Below, one piece after another: positions 1 to 10,067 of a stretch of 32,000 bases of DNA. Each line of letters opens with the position of its first letter. The stretch's first letter is position 1. Position numbers and translations under genes: made by a program. A model generated the notes under the pieces. That model was not told the DNA's origin and ran no database searches. It saw only the letters and a program-made list of their open reading frames with translations. Source of the DNA: Synechococcus sp. A15-28 (GTDB lineage Bacteria; Cyanobacteriota; Cyanobacteriia; PCC-6307; Cyanobiaceae); assembly GCF_014280175.1 (NCBI RefSeq), contig NZ_CP047931.1:1530001-1562000 (forward strand), given 5' to 3'.

Positions 1-805
1 GTTCCTCCAGAACCTCATCCACCACACCAAGCTCCAGCAGGTCGCCGCCGGTGATCCGAAGGGCCGCCGCCGCATCGGGGGCCTTGGCCGCATCACGCCA
101 GAGGATTGATGCGCACGCTTCCGGACTGGCCACGGTGTAGACGCTGTGCTCGAACATCAGCAATCGGTCGGCCACTCCGATACCCAGGGCTCCACCGGAG
201 CCGCCCTCGCCGATCACCGTGGCGATCACAGGGACCCGAAGCCGGAACATTTCGCGCAGATTCACAGCAATGGCTTCCCCTTGCCCCTGCTCTTCCGCCT
301 GAAGCCCTGCGTAGGCCCCAGGGGTATCGATGAAGCTCAGGATCGGGAGCCGGAAGCGATCCGCATGTTCCATCAACCGCATGGCCTTGCGATACCCCCC
401 AGGAGTGGCCATCCCGAAGTTGCGGGCGACGTTCTCCTTGGTGTCACGCCCTTTCTGATGGCCAATCAGCAGAACAGCCTGATCCCCAAGACGCCCGACT
501 CCACCGACCAGGGCCTGATCATCGTTGCCCCGCCGATCACCATGCAATTCGATCCAGTCGTCGCAGAACATCTGGATGAAATCCAGGGTGCTGGGACGAT
601 TCGGGTGGCGGGCCACCTGAATCTTCTGAGCCGGGGTCAGCCCCTGGAAGATCTCCTGACGACGGCGGGCGGCCAGGGACTCCAGCTGATGGAGCTGCTG
701 ACTGACATCCACCTCGGAATCCCTGGCGAGCTGACGAATCTGTTCGATCTGCTGCTCCAGTTCAACCAGAGGCTTCTCGAATTCCAGTAGGGGACGGCGA
801 GGCAT
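1..805 (-). CDS. accA: Acetyl-CoA carboxylase carboxyltransferase subunit alpha (partial, C-terminus beyond window edge)
   Basis: Minus-strand reading from ATG at 805 gives [27 protein letters not shown]..., followed by [42 protein letters not shown] and [17 protein letters not shown]. These are typical AccA motifs. Not in the ORF track because it runs off the edge. Confidence 0.96.
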   Translation of the reverse strand, partial: MPRRPLLEFEKPLVELEQQIEQIRQLARDSEVDVSQQLHQLESLAARRRQEIFQGLTPAQKIQVARHPNRPSTLDFIQMFCDDWIELHGDRRGNDDQALVGGVGRLGDQAVLLIGHQKGRDTKENVARNFGMATPGGYRKAMRLMEHADRFRLPILSFIDTPGAYAGLQAEEQGQGEAIAVNLREMFRLRVPVIATVIGEGGSGGALGIGVADRLLMFEHSVYTVASPEACASILWRDAAKAPDAAAALRITGGDLLELGVVDEVLEE

Positions 806-815
806 GGCGATGGAA

Positions 816-1856
816 TCAGGCGGCAGCGGCCTGGGCAGAAGGGTTGAGGTTCAGCGTGGAAAAACCATGGCGCACCGAAGCAGCTCCGATGAAGTCCATT
901 TTCTCGAGGGTGATGTTGTTTCTGCCCCAGCTGAAGTTCGTGTGACAGCGTTCGAATTCCAGCAGCATCGCCTCGGCGAAGCAGGCGAACATCTGTCGCT
1001 GGGGCTTCTCCATCTCGGCAATTTGCATCATGGTCCAGCCGATGTCCTTGCAGAACTCGACAATTCCGCCCTTGAGCACGTGAATGCCGCCACCGGCAAC
1101 CTTTGAGTCGAGGTTTTTCGGGTAACCCCCATCAATCATCAGACAGGGCTTGCGCAAGCTGTCCTGATCAATCTCCAGGGTGCGCGGCATGCTGGCGACC
1201 CACACCACCACGTCCGCCTCGGGCAATGCCTCATCAAGGCAGAGGATGCGACCACCGCCGATCTGGGCCTGAAGGTCCAGCAAGGGCTGTTGCTGACGGG
1301 CCACCAGCAGCAGTTCTCCGACACCGGTCCGCGCTGACAGCCAGCGGCAGACCGCACTGCCGATGTCGCCGGTGGCGCCCACCACGGCCACCTTGGCGGT
1401 TTTCAGATCGATGCCAAGGGTGGGTGCATTGTTCTCCACCTGACGGCAGATCACCCAGGCGGTGTGGGTGTTGCCGGTCGTGAAACGCTGCCACTCCAGG
1501 GTCGTGCTGCGCACCGTCTGGTGCTGCAGCAGGTTGAAATTCTCAAAAATGATCGAGGTGAAACCACCGAGGGCGGTGATATTGATCCCCTTCTTCTGTG
1601 CCAGCTCCATGGCATTGAGAACCTTCCGCCGAGCTGTTTTGAACCGACTCAGCATCTCCGGAACGAAGCAGGAATCGATGTAAGCACCCTTGATCGTGGT
1701 TCCTGTGGGGCTGGAGATCTCCACGTGTTCCACGAGCTGTGGCGGAGCACTGCACCACACATCGAGATCTCCATCCGCAATGTGATCGAAACCCAGTTCC
1801 ATCGCCTTGCGACGGGCTGCATCGAAGCTCGTTGAATGCCCGATCAGACCAAACAT
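816..1856 (-). CDS. aar: Long-chain acyl-[acyl-carrier-protein] reductase (AAR), cyanobacterial alkane pathway
   Basis: 346 aa. [25 protein letters not shown]..., Rossmann motif [18 protein letters not shown]. Directly downstream of ado. Confidence 0.95.
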   Translation of the reverse strand: MFGLIGHSTSFDAARRKAMELGFDHIADGDLDVWCSAPPQLVEHVEISSPTGTTIKGAYIDSCFVPEMLSRFKTARRKVLNAMELAQKKGINITALGGFTSIIFENFNLLQHQTVRSTTLEWQRFTTGNTHTAWVICRQVENNAPTLGIDLKTAKVAVVGATGDIGSAVCRWLSARTGVGELLLVARQQQPLLDLQAQIGGGRILCLDEALPEADVVVWVASMPRTLEIDQDSLRKPCLMIDGGYPKNLDSKVAGGGIHVLKGGIVEFCKDIGWTMMQIAEMEKPQRQMFACFAEAMLLEFERCHTNFSWGRNNITLEKMDFIGAASVRHGFSTLNLNPSAQAAAA

Positions 1857-1902
1857 GCACCCGCTCTAAACACGCCGCTAAAGACGACCCGATCGCCCAT
1901 GC

Positions 1903-1920
1903 TCCCACGGCGACGTGGGA
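1903..1920. repeat. Perfect short inverted repeat (7-bp stem, 4-nt loop) in the ado-aar spacer
   Basis: TCCCACG-GCGA-CGTGGGA read directly. Sits in the 107-bp gap between the ado stop and the aar start; no clear U-tract. Confidence 0.55.
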
Positions 1921-1963
1921 AGACGATCAAGGTCCTGTGAACAAACCGGCCAACGGTCTTGAC

Positions 1964-2683
1964 TCAGACCGAAAGGGCAGCAGCAGCCATCCGGGCAATG
2001 TCTCTTGAGGTGAAGCCGATTTCACCGAGTGCTTCCTGATAGGCGATCAGAAAATCCTCGATCAGGTCCTCCTTCTCCATGTGAAGGACGGCTGCATCGG
2101 AGGCAACCTCCTCCAGCATCGAGCGAATCAGGGGAAGGTTGGCTTTATTGGCCTCGAACAACTCGTCCCTGCTGGCTTCGAAATTGGCCTTCAGCCATTC
2201 CTGGCCGTAGTTGAGGTGGGTGTACTCGTCCTTCACCACGCCTTCCGTGATCTTGCGGGCGAAAGGATCGGCCACGGGAATATAGATGTGATAGGCCGAG
2301 ATCGCAAAGGCTTCGATCAGCAGGGCCTGAATCAGCAGGCAGGTCACCACCTTGCCCTTTTTCAGGGCCGCCTGGAAGTTGCCGTGCAAGGGCTCGAAAA
2401 ATGTCTTGGCGAAAGCCATATCGGCCTCCACACCGAGGTTGCGGCCACAGGATGTGAAGCCCTTCATGTGCTTCATCTCCATCCGGGCCAACTTCGCCAG
2501 CTCATCCTTCTGATCAGGGATCAGGGTGCCGAGGGAGATGTAGTTGTCGTGAGCTTCCTGCTCACCCTCAATGACGATCGCGTTGATGCGGCTGTAGGCA
2601 TCCTTGTAAGCCTCAGTGGTGAAATCAGGCAGCGCATCAAGCCCCTCCACCACAGCTGCCTCGGGTGCATTGAGGGTCGTCAT
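1964..2683 (-). CDS. ado: Aldehyde deformylating oxygenase (aldehyde decarbonylase, ADO)
   Basis: Probable start at ATG 2683 ([14 protein letters not shown]...). Ferritin-like di-iron motifs [20 protein letters not shown] and [11 protein letters not shown]. The longer track ORF (to 2782) adds an atypical N-terminus. Confidence 0.95.
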   Translation of the reverse strand: MTTLNAPEAAVVEGLDALPDFTTEAYKDAYSRINAIVIEGEQEAHDNYISLGTLIPDQKDELAKLARMEMKHMKGFTSCGRNLGVEADMAFAKTFFEPLHGNFQAALKKGKVVTCLLIQALLIEAFAISAYHIYIPVADPFARKITEGVVKDEYTHLNYGQEWLKANFEASRDELFEANKANLPLIRSMLEEVASDAAVLHMEKEDLIEDFLIAYQEALGEIGFTSRDIARMAAAALSV

Positions 2684-2759
2684 AGGACGTGGTCCACCAC
2701 TTTCAGTGCGACCGAGAATAACCAGGACCCAAGACCTTGGAGAGGTCAGCGTTCTCAGT

Positions 2760-3590
2760 TCAGGACGCAGAGGTCCTGTCAACGGGCTCCGCAGGCGCCG
2801 GCCAGTCGCTCACCAGCAGAGCGCGTAAGCGCTTAGTCCAATGCAGCACCAGGCGCTGTTCCAACGCCTTGCCAAGCTCTGCGGAAGCCGTGCTGCTATC
2901 TCCGATCACACCACTGCGACTGAGATCCTCCATCAACCAGGCGGAGGGAGCCGCCCCCTCGAGACTCCAACCGCTGGGGGGACAAGGCGTGCCCTCCAAT
3001 CCAGGCAGACCATCCACCGGGCGCTGTTCACCCACCAGCTCAGAGGCCAGATGAAGCATGAGTGAGGTCTCCGCCAAGCCGGCGTGAAGACCGTTCTCCA
3101 GCTCATCCTTCGGCAGGAGATCGACAAGACCGTCAACTCCACTCCAGAGGAAACAGGGCAGAACGGCCATCGCCGGACAGCGTTGCCGCAACTCTCTGGC
3201 CGCCACCTGGAGCAGGGCGATCTGGCCCCCATGGGCGTTGAACAGCACCAGACGACGCCATCCCATGGCGGCCAGCTGTTCCCCCAGCTGCACCACCACA
3301 GCGATCAGCAAGTCCGAGGAGAGGCTGAGGGTGCCGGGGAAGGATCGATGCTCAGGGGAGAAACCCACAACCTGGGTCGGCAAGCGCCAGATCGGCAGGT
3401 CGGGACCGAGTTCGGCCAAAACCGCCTCTGTGATCCGTTCGGCAAACAGGGCATCCGTCTCCAGGGGGAGATGGGGACCGTGTTGTTCACAGGCACCGAA
3501 GGGCCAGATCAGGGTTGAACCATCAGCGTTGGCCATCGCCTGGATCTCAGGCCAGGCGAGCTGCTCATAGCGGTGCTGATGGCCAGTCAT
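2760..3590 (-). CDS. Creatininase family protein
   Basis: 276 aa with [20 protein letters not shown] and [20 protein letters not shown], typical creatininase-family metal-binding motifs. Confidence 0.88.
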   Translation of the reverse strand: MTGHQHRYEQLAWPEIQAMANADGSTLIWPFGACEQHGPHLPLETDALFAERITEAVLAELGPDLPIWRLPTQVVGFSPEHRSFPGTLSLSSDLLIAVVVQLGEQLAAMGWRRLVLFNAHGGQIALLQVAARELRQRCPAMAVLPCFLWSGVDGLVDLLPKDELENGLHAGLAETSLMLHLASELVGEQRPVDGLPGLEGTPCPPSGWSLEGAAPSAWLMEDLSRSGVIGDSSTASAELGKALEQRLVLHWTKRLRALLVSDWPAPAEPVDRTSAS

Positions 3591-3660
3591 CGAAACTCCC
3601 TCTGCATGGTCCCAGGCCAGTCCCTCCCTGTCAGAATGATCGATCCATCATCTCTGGTTC

Positions 3661-4887
3661 ATGGCCGCAGCCGGCAGTTCGCAGCCCAATCGCCCCAAGG
3701 CACCGCGAGCGGCCGCGACCCCTCCGCTCCAGGTGATGAAGATCAACCGTAAGGAGGAGCAGGAGCAGTTGCAGCGCGAGGCGGCTGAAGCGCGTGCCGC
3801 TGCTGAAGCTGCAGCCGAAAAAGCCCGGCTACTGGAGGAGAAAGCGGGTCTGATGGGTCCCCCCAGAACAGCCTCGACAGAGGCTGATGAAGATCGATTC
3901 GACATGGGTGCCATGGAAGGCATGACCATGGCGGATCTGATGGGAGCGCCCGACAAGGCGCCCCGCCGTCAGGAGGACAGCAAGCCGCGCAGCGTTGACG
4001 ACTTCGATTTTGATGAAGAGGCCTTCCTTGCCGCCCTGGACGAGAACGCTCCAGTCGGCACCACAGGAGAGGTGGTTGAAGGAACGGTGATCGGCCTGGA
4101 GAGCGACGGCATCTACGTCGACATCGGGGGAAAAGCCCCAGGATTCATGCCCAAAAGCGAGGCCGGCCTCGGGGTCATCACCAACCTGGGGGAGCGGTTC
4201 CCCAAGGGGCTGCAGGTTGAAGTGCTGGTCACCCGTGAGCAGAACGCCGACGGCATGGTCACCATCAGCTGCCGGGCCCTTGAATTGCGCAAGAGCTGGG
4301 ACAAGGTCAAGGAGTTCGAAAAGGAAGGGAAGGTGGTGCAGGTCATCGTCAACGGTTTCAACCGTGGCGGTGTGACCTGCGACCTCGAAGGTCTACGGGG
4401 GTTCATTCCCCGATCCCAGCTTCAGGACGGCGAAAACCACCAGGAGCTCGTGGGCAAGACCCTTGGGGTGGCCTTCATCGAGGTCAATTCAGAAACCCGC
4501 AAGCTGGTGCTGTCGCAGAAACGTGCTGCTGTGGCAGCCCGTTTCCAGGAGCTGGAGGTGGGACAACTGGTGGACGGTGTGGTCGCCGCGGTCAAGCCCT
4601 ACGGGCTGTTCATCGACTTGGGTGGAATCAGCGGCCTGCTGCACCAGTCCGCCATCACCAATGGCAGCCTGCGATCCATCCGCGAAGTGTTCGATCAGGG
4701 GGAGCGGGTTCAGGCCCTGATCACGGAGCTGGACCCCGGCCGCGGACGCATCGGTCTGAACACCGCGTTGCTGGAGGGACCGCCCGGTGAACTCCTGGTT
4801 GAAAAAGACAAGGTGATGGCAGAAGCCAGTGATCGGGCCAGTCGCGCCCAGAGCATGCTCAAACAGCGGGAACAGGACGCCGGATGA
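3661..4887 (+). CDS. rps1b: S1 RNA-binding domain protein, ribosomal protein S1 homolog (Rps1b/Nbp1-like)
   Basis: 408 aa with repeated S1-like domains (GEVVEGTVIGLESDGIYVDIGGKAPGFMPKSE; GQLVDGVVAAVKPYGLFIDLGGISGLLHQS) after a charged Ala/Glu-rich N-terminus. Confidence 0.85.
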   Translation: MAAAGSSQPNRPKAPRAAATPPLQVMKINRKEEQEQLQREAAEARAAAEAAAEKARLLEEKAGLMGPPRTASTEADEDRFDMGAMEGMTMADLMGAPDKAPRRQEDSKPRSVDDFDFDEEAFLAALDENAPVGTTGEVVEGTVIGLESDGIYVDIGGKAPGFMPKSEAGLGVITNLGERFPKGLQVEVLVTREQNADGMVTISCRALELRKSWDKVKEFEKEGKVVQVIVNGFNRGGVTCDLEGLRGFIPRSQLQDGENHQELVGKTLGVAFIEVNSETRKLVLSQKRAAVAARFQELEVGQLVDGVVAAVKPYGLFIDLGGISGLLHQSAITNGSLRSIREVFDQGERVQALITELDPGRGRIGLNTALLEGPPGELLVEKDKVMAEASDRASRAQSMLKQREQDAG

Positions 4888-5765
4888 CCACCACTCCGAC
4901 GCTCGGCGCGGATTGGGAGCTTGACTTCTATTCCCGACCGATTCTTGAAGCCGACGGACGCAAGCGCTGGGAACTGCTGATCACAGCGACCCCTGCTGCG
5001 GATGCCAAGGACACACCTTTCCGTTTTTCAAAACGCTGCCCATCCGGAGAGGTGAATTCCCTCTGGTTGAGTTCCGCCCTGGAAGAGGCCCGACAATGCG
5101 CCCTCGATGCAGGCTGGCCGGCACCTCGACGCCTGCGTTGCTGGCGCAGCTCCATGCGAACCATGGTGCAGCGGGCGGCCACGGAGCAGGATCTGGAGAT
5201 GATCGCCAGTCGTCGCACCTACGCGCTTCTGGATTGGCTGCAACATCGCGAACAGGAGGTCTACCCCCAGGAGGAGGGCTTCATGGCAGGGCCTCTTGCT
5301 CCACCACCAGCGCCGATCGCCACCCCAGCAGTGCCTCTGCCCGAAGAGGTGCAAGGCGATGCCTGGTCCTGGGCGTCTTTGCCGGCGGATCTTCTGCGTG
5401 ACGCCTCGGACTGGCCGACCAGTTTCAGCGGCCTGTTACCCCTGCCAGCAGGACTGGACAGCGACCAGGCGGTTCCTGGACTTCGTCTGTTCAGCAACAG
5501 TCGCGCCCTGGCGATGGCCGGCTGGCTCGGAGGTCTTGAGCCGGTTCGGCTTCTGGTGGAAGGTCGTCAGCTTGTGCTGGAGGCAGGGCAGGACGACCGC
5601 TGGTTGGTCAGTGATCTGGATGCAGCCGCGGCAGATGCCATCGCTGGGGACCTGGCCCGGTCGAAAGAACTGGGCAAGGGGCTGCAATTCATCGCCATCC
5701 AGACCAGCCCCGAAGAGCAGGCGTTCGCAGGCTTCTGGATGATGCGGGATATCGCCACCCTTTAG
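4884..5765 (+). CDS. Tab2/Atab2-family RNA-binding protein (DUF1092)
   Basis: 293 aa. WELDFYSRPILEADGRKRWELLI..., RCWRSSMRTMVQRAA and C-terminal LGKGLQFIAIQTSPEEQAFAGFWMMRD are typical of the family. ATGA overlap with the upstream gene. Confidence 0.87.
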   Translation: MTTTPTLGADWELDFYSRPILEADGRKRWELLITATPAADAKDTPFRFSKRCPSGEVNSLWLSSALEEARQCALDAGWPAPRRLRCWRSSMRTMVQRAATEQDLEMIASRRTYALLDWLQHREQEVYPQEEGFMAGPLAPPPAPIATPAVPLPEEVQGDAWSWASLPADLLRDASDWPTSFSGLLPLPAGLDSDQAVPGLRLFSNSRALAMAGWLGGLEPVRLLVEGRQLVLEAGQDDRWLVSDLDAAAADAIAGDLARSKELGKGLQFIAIQTSPEEQAFAGFWMMRDIATL

Positions 5766-5776
5766 GACCCATACCG

Positions 5777-6589
5777 ATGGAAGGCCGGGATCCTTTCGAT
5801 CGCCCCGACAACAGCTTCAACACCCTGCAGGGCTGGACCTGGATCGGTTGCTACGGGGGGTATTACCTGCAGTGCGACCGTCTGCATGAAGCGGGTTTTG
5901 AGCACGGATTCTTCACACGACGCTGGCAGGGTCGAGGCCCCGACGAACTGGCCGGTTACATCAGCGCTGGCATCAGCGTGCACCGCCCGCAACAGGTGCA
6001 CAGCGGCGTCGTGCTCGCCGCCGACCGGGCCAACGGCGAACCTTGGCCTGAGGGTGATGGTCTGGTGAGTACTGCCGGGAGCCAAAGCCTCTGGGTGTGC
6101 GGTGCCGACTGCACCCCTGTGCTGATCGCTGATCCCGGCACCGGCCACGCCGCGGCCTGTCATGCCGGCTGGCGCGGTGTCGCGGCCGGGATTCTGCCCA
6201 CGGCCCTCAACCGCCTGTTGGAACGGGGTGCCCGGCGGAAGGATCTGGTCATCGCCCTGGGCCCAGCCGTGAGCGGGCAGCACTACCAGGTGGGAGAGGA
6301 GGTGGTGGAGGCCATCGCCGCATCGATTCCAGGCGATGTGGACCTACCTGCAAGCGGAGCTGTTCTGCCGGATGAGCAACCGGCTCGGCATCGTCTGGAC
6401 ATCCGTGCTGCTGCCCGGTTGCAACTCCAGCAAGCGGGGGTTGCCGGCGACCAGATCGCCCACTGCCCGCTGTGCACCGTGAGCGAACCTGACCTCTTCC
6501 ATTCCTGGCGACGGGATCAGGTGAAGGCGGTGCAATGGAGCGGCATCGTCAGTCAGGCCGTTGCGTTGGAATCCGATGCCAGCAGCTGA
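5777..6589 (+). CDS. pgeF: Peptidoglycan-editing factor / polyphenol oxidase family protein (YfiH/PgeF, formerly laccase-domain)
   Basis: CGADCTPVLIADPGTGHAAACHAGWRGVAAG carries the conserved Cys/His ligands of the family, followed by IALGPAVSGQHYQVGEEV. Confidence 0.88.
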   Translation: MEGRDPFDRPDNSFNTLQGWTWIGCYGGYYLQCDRLHEAGFEHGFFTRRWQGRGPDELAGYISAGISVHRPQQVHSGVVLAADRANGEPWPEGDGLVSTAGSQSLWVCGADCTPVLIADPGTGHAAACHAGWRGVAAGILPTALNRLLERGARRKDLVIALGPAVSGQHYQVGEEVVEAIAASIPGDVDLPASGAVLPDEQPARHRLDIRAAARLQLQQAGVAGDQIAHCPLCTVSEPDLFHSWRRDQVKAVQWSGIVSQAVALESDASS

Positions 6590-8238
6590 CGAGCCAGCGC
6601 TTCGGCCGCCCGGATGCCGTCAATTCCAGCCGAAAGAATGCCGCCGGCGTAACCCGCCCCCTCCCCTGCCGGCACCAAGCCCTGCACATTGAGGGATTCC
6701 AGCGCCTCATCCCTGGGTACACGGACAGGCGATGAGGTGCGGGTTTCCACGCCGGTGAGCACCGCATCCGGATGGTCGTAGCCCTTCAGCTTTCGGGCAA
6801 AGGCTGGCAACGCCTCCCGCAAGGCCGAAGTGATGGGAGTTGGCAGCAGTTCTGCAAGATCGGCGGGATGCACCCCTGGTTGATACGAGGCTGCAATGGC
6901 ACCCAGCCGAGTGGATGGCCGCGCCGCCAGGAAATCCTCCAACCGCTGTGCCGGTGCGGCGTAGCTGTGTCCCCCCAGCCTGAAGGCACGCTCCTCCAGC
7001 TCCCGTTGCAGGGCAATTCCCGCCAACGGATCCCCGGGGAAGCGTTCAAACGGGGCCAGATCGTCGGCATCGAGGGCCACGACCAGACCGCTGTTGGCGT
7101 TGCGCTCGTTGCGGGAATGCTGGCTCATGCCGTTGGTCACCACCCGGCCTTCTTCAGACGTTGCGCCCACCACAAATCCTCCAGGACACATGCAGAAGCT
7201 GTAGACGCAGCGACCGTTCTCGGCATGGTGCACCATCTTGTACTCGGCCGCCCCGAGACGCGGATGGCCCGCCGCCTCTCCCCAGCGGGCAGCATCGATC
7301 AAGTGCTGCGGATGCTCGATCCGCACCCCCACCGAAAACGGTTTGCGCTGCAGCTGCACACCGATCTGCTCCAGCATTTCAAAGCAGTCCCGAGCTGAAT
7401 GACCGGGGGCCAGCACCAGATGGCGGCAGGGAATCTCCGTTCCATCGGCCAGCACCAAGCCATCGAGTTGAAACGGCTTCTCAGCACTGATGTCGCTGAG
7501 CTGAAGGCGTGTCACATGACTGTTGAAGCGCACCTCACCCCCCAGGGCTTCGATCCGAGCCCGCAGGCCGCGGACGACCGTGGCGAGCTTGAACGTGCCG
7601 ATGTGGGGGCGGTGCAGCGTGAGGATCTCCTCGCTGGCACCACAGGCCACCAGCTCCTCCAGCACCTTGCGGCCGTAGTGCTCAGGATCGCTCACCTGGC
7701 TGTAAAGCTTGCCGTCAGAAAACGTTCCGGCACCGCCCTCACCGAACTGGGCATTCGATTCCGGGTTGAAAGGGATGGTCCCCCGCCAGAAGCCGAAGGT
7801 GTCAGCGGTGCGTTGCTTCACGGCCTGACCCCGTTCCAGCAACAGCGGGCAAAAGCCCATCTGCGCCAACAGCAGAGCAGCGAAGTAGCCACAGGGGCCT
7901 GCTCCGACCACCACCGGCCGTTCAACAGAATCCAAGGGGAAGCCAACGGGGGCATGACCGACGGGCCGGTAGCGGGTGTCGGGAGCGGGACGCACCCGTC
8001 CCTTGTTGCCGATGCGTCGCAGCAGGGCGGCTTCACCCTTCACCTGCACATCCACGCTGTAAATCAGCTGAATCCGATCGCGACGACGGGCATCGATGCT
8101 GCGCTTGACCAGCCGCTGCTCCAGCAGCTGTTCCGGCGTAACCCTCAGACGCCGGAGGACGGCCTGCGTTAACTCCTCTTCGGTGTGATCCAGCGGCAGC
8201 TTCAGCTCAGCCAGTCGCAGCATCAGCTTGCTTGCCAT
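6553..8238 (-). CDS. NAD(P)/FAD-dependent oxidoreductase
   Basis: 561 aa. VGAGPCGYFAALLLAQMGFCPLLLERG dinucleotide-binding motif; C-terminal LVPAGEGAGYAGGILSAGIDGIRAAEAL. Confidence 0.87.
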   Translation of the reverse strand: MASKLMLRLAELKLPLDHTEEELTQAVLRRLRVTPEQLLEQRLVKRSIDARRRDRIQLIYSVDVQVKGEAALLRRIGNKGRVRPAPDTRYRPVGHAPVGFPLDSVERPVVVGAGPCGYFAALLLAQMGFCPLLLERGQAVKQRTADTFGFWRGTIPFNPESNAQFGEGGAGTFSDGKLYSQVSDPEHYGRKVLEELVACGASEEILTLHRPHIGTFKLATVVRGLRARIEALGGEVRFNSHVTRLQLSDISAEKPFQLDGLVLADGTEIPCRHLVLAPGHSARDCFEMLEQIGVQLQRKPFSVGVRIEHPQHLIDAARWGEAAGHPRLGAAEYKMVHHAENGRCVYSFCMCPGGFVVGATSEEGRVVTNGMSQHSRNERNANSGLVVALDADDLAPFERFPGDPLAGIALQRELEERAFRLGGHSYAAPAQRLEDFLAARPSTRLGAIAASYQPGVHPADLAELLPTPITSALREALPAFARKLKGYDHPDAVLTGVETRTSSPVRVPRDEALESLNVQGLVPAGEGAGYAGGILSAGIDGIRAAEALARQLLASDSNATA

Positions 8239-9445
8239 CGGCCTTCATTCGATCAGATGACGTCCCCTGAAGCAGGCCTGCCACCGCCCGACCCGACGGG
8301 GTCATGCCGGCCCGCAGGCGGAAATCACTCGCCGCCGCCCTGAGGCGCAGCGACTCGCCCTGCTGTCGATGACGCAGGGCGGAGCAGAGATCGACGGCGT
8401 CCTGATCAGGATTTACCCAGCCCATCGGATCAGGGTTCCCTTCATCCGATACCGGCAGCGGCGCCGCTTCCACCAGCGCCAGCACGCGCGCCGTGTCGTA
8501 GCCCGCCGCCGCGAGCAGGTCGGGGGCCTCCCCCCAGCGGCGGCTGAACTGCTGTTCAAAGGCCAGCCAGTTGTCACCACGGGCTGGATGTTCCAGGCCG
8601 AGTTGCTGCCAGGGCACCTGGGGCAGATCCTGCAGCGCGTCCGGATCGGACAGGTACACCCAGTTCGGAGTCCAGGGAGCACCGCCACCGAAGGCACCAT
8701 CGCGTTGCTCCCGCCGCAAGCGGGAGGCCAGAGGCCCGTCGGGTTGGTCGGCCACCACCACCGTCCCGGCCCATGAGAAGGTCATGTCCTTGCGGAAACG
8801 ATCCAGCCGTTGATCATCCGTTGGATCCACCTGCTGAACCGGGGTGGTTTCGTAACTCTCCACCAGACCACCAGAGGCTTTGTAGTGATCGACGAAGGTC
8901 GTCGACAAGGTGGCTTCGAGCGAATTTGGATCAGCCACCACCATGGCCCGCTCCCAACCGGCTTTGAGGGTGGCCTCCACGGTGGCCTTGACGTCATCTT
9001 CAATCGATGGGACCAGCGGCCAGAGCTTGTCGCGGCCCTTGAGATCCCTGAGGGTGTCGATCGACTCACCGCGCTGATACGGAAGCAGAACGCTGATTCC
9101 GAGATGCTGAGTTAGGGCGCTGAAGGCGCGTAGATCGGCTGAGGGTGGCGCCACGACGATGTGGTGATCACCGCGGTGAGGCAGGTGTTCAAGCGGAGAC
9201 TGATCTGGCCTCAGTGAGACCCAACGCACCGCAGGCAGGGGATGACCGCAGGCCCTGACCGTCGCCTCGCCAATGGAAAAGCCCTGAAGGAAGCGATTGC
9301 GAAGGGTTGCGTCGCCTGGAGCCGAGGGCAACATCACGACGATCCTCTGTCGCGGTATCGCACTGGAGACGAGGGCCTGGCAGCCGATCACGACAGCTGC
9401 GAGACAGGTCCAAGAAAGCCAGGGACGCGGTGCCGACCTCGACAT
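8207..9445 (-). CDS. Periplasmic-binding-protein-like (type 1, amino-acid ABC receptor-like) protein
   Basis: 412 aa with N-terminal hydrophobic signal/lipobox-like segment (LAAVVIGCQALVSS) and a Leu/Ile/Val-binding-protein-like body. Family call rests on general pattern only. Confidence 0.65.
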   Translation of the reverse strand: MSRSAPRPWLSWTCLAAVVIGCQALVSSAIPRQRIVVMLPSAPGDATLRNRFLQGFSIGEATVRACGHPLPAVRWVSLRPDQSPLEHLPHRGDHHIVVAPPSADLRAFSALTQHLGISVLLPYQRGESIDTLRDLKGRDKLWPLVPSIEDDVKATVEATLKAGWERAMVVADPNSLEATLSTTFVDHYKASGGLVESYETTPVQQVDPTDDQRLDRFRKDMTFSWAGTVVVADQPDGPLASRLRREQRDGAFGGGAPWTPNWVYLSDPDALQDLPQVPWQQLGLEHPARGDNWLAFEQQFSRRWGEAPDLLAAAGYDTARVLALVEAAPLPVSDEGNPDPMGWVNPDQDAVDLCSALRHRQQGESLRLRAAASDFRLRAGMTPSGRAVAGLLQGTSSDRMKADGKQADAATG

Positions 9446-9476
9446 GAAACGGGAACGCCAACCCCACCAAGTGAAG

Positions 9477-9698
9477 CTAGTGAGAACGGTTGTCGTCGTC
9501 CGGTTTTGTCACCGGATCGTCGGACGATGGAACCTGGGACAGCAGTCCGGCCCCCAGCAGTGCTGCACCGATGGCGATGGCCAGGCCGCGGTTATCGGCA
9601 GCAGCGCCCTGCCCCCAGGCCGCCGTTGCCAGGAATGCGCCGCCGAGCAGGAGACAGGGCACCAGAACGATGCCACGGGCAATGCGGTTGTCTGCCAT
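9477..9698 (-). CDS. Small membrane protein, hypothetical
   Basis: 73 aa with two hydrophobic segments (IVLVPCLLLGGAFLATAAW; LAIAIGAALLGAGLL). Abuts the downstream end of the 9699-10067 gene. Confidence 0.6.
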   Translation of the reverse strand: MADNRIARGIVLVPCLLLGGAFLATAAWGQGAAADNRGLAIAIGAALLGAGLLSQVPSSDDPVTKPDDDNRSH

Positions 9699-10067
9699 TC
9701 AGACCGGCTCCGTTGGGCAGGTGTCTTTCGCCAGGCCCGCACCCACTAAGCCGGCACTGAGATCCAGCTCATCGCCAATGGGCGTGACCCTGGCCAGCAA
9801 CTGGCCTTCGCTGCGTCCCACCGGGCGCAGATTGACTCGCCTCCGACGGGGGAGTTGCTCCTTCAACCAGTCGACGGCAGAGGACTCCGCATCAGGCTCG
9901 ACGTCGATGCAGGCCAGCTGGACCGTGTAATAGCGATTCCCGTCACCCACCTGCAGAAGAGATGCGGTACGCACCTGCAGCACCTCAGCTGCCGCTGCCG
10001 GTGAAGCAGCAAGCAGCCCAACCAACAGGCAACTCAGCAAACGCAGGATCACAGAGACGCTCCGCAC
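9699..10067 (-). CDS. Staphylococcal-nuclease-like (SNase fold) secreted protein
   Basis: 122 aa with a signal peptide (LLSCLLVGLLAASPAAAA), then YTVQLACIDVEPDAESSAVDWLKEQL...GRSEGQLLARV...AGLVGAGLAK, which follows the SNase pattern. Confidence 0.7.
   Translation of the reverse strand: MRSVSVILRLLSCLLVGLLAASPAAAAEVLQVRTASLLQVGDGNRYYTVQLACIDVEPDAESSAVDWLKEQLPRRRRVNLRPVGRSEGQLLARVTPIGDELDLSAGLVGAGLAKDTCPTEPV

Noticed and set aside
7399-8172. Long plus-strand ORF (257 aa) antisense to the FAD oxidoreductase
   Set aside because: Shadow ORF typical of high-GC coding DNA; the minus strand encodes a clear FAD protein.
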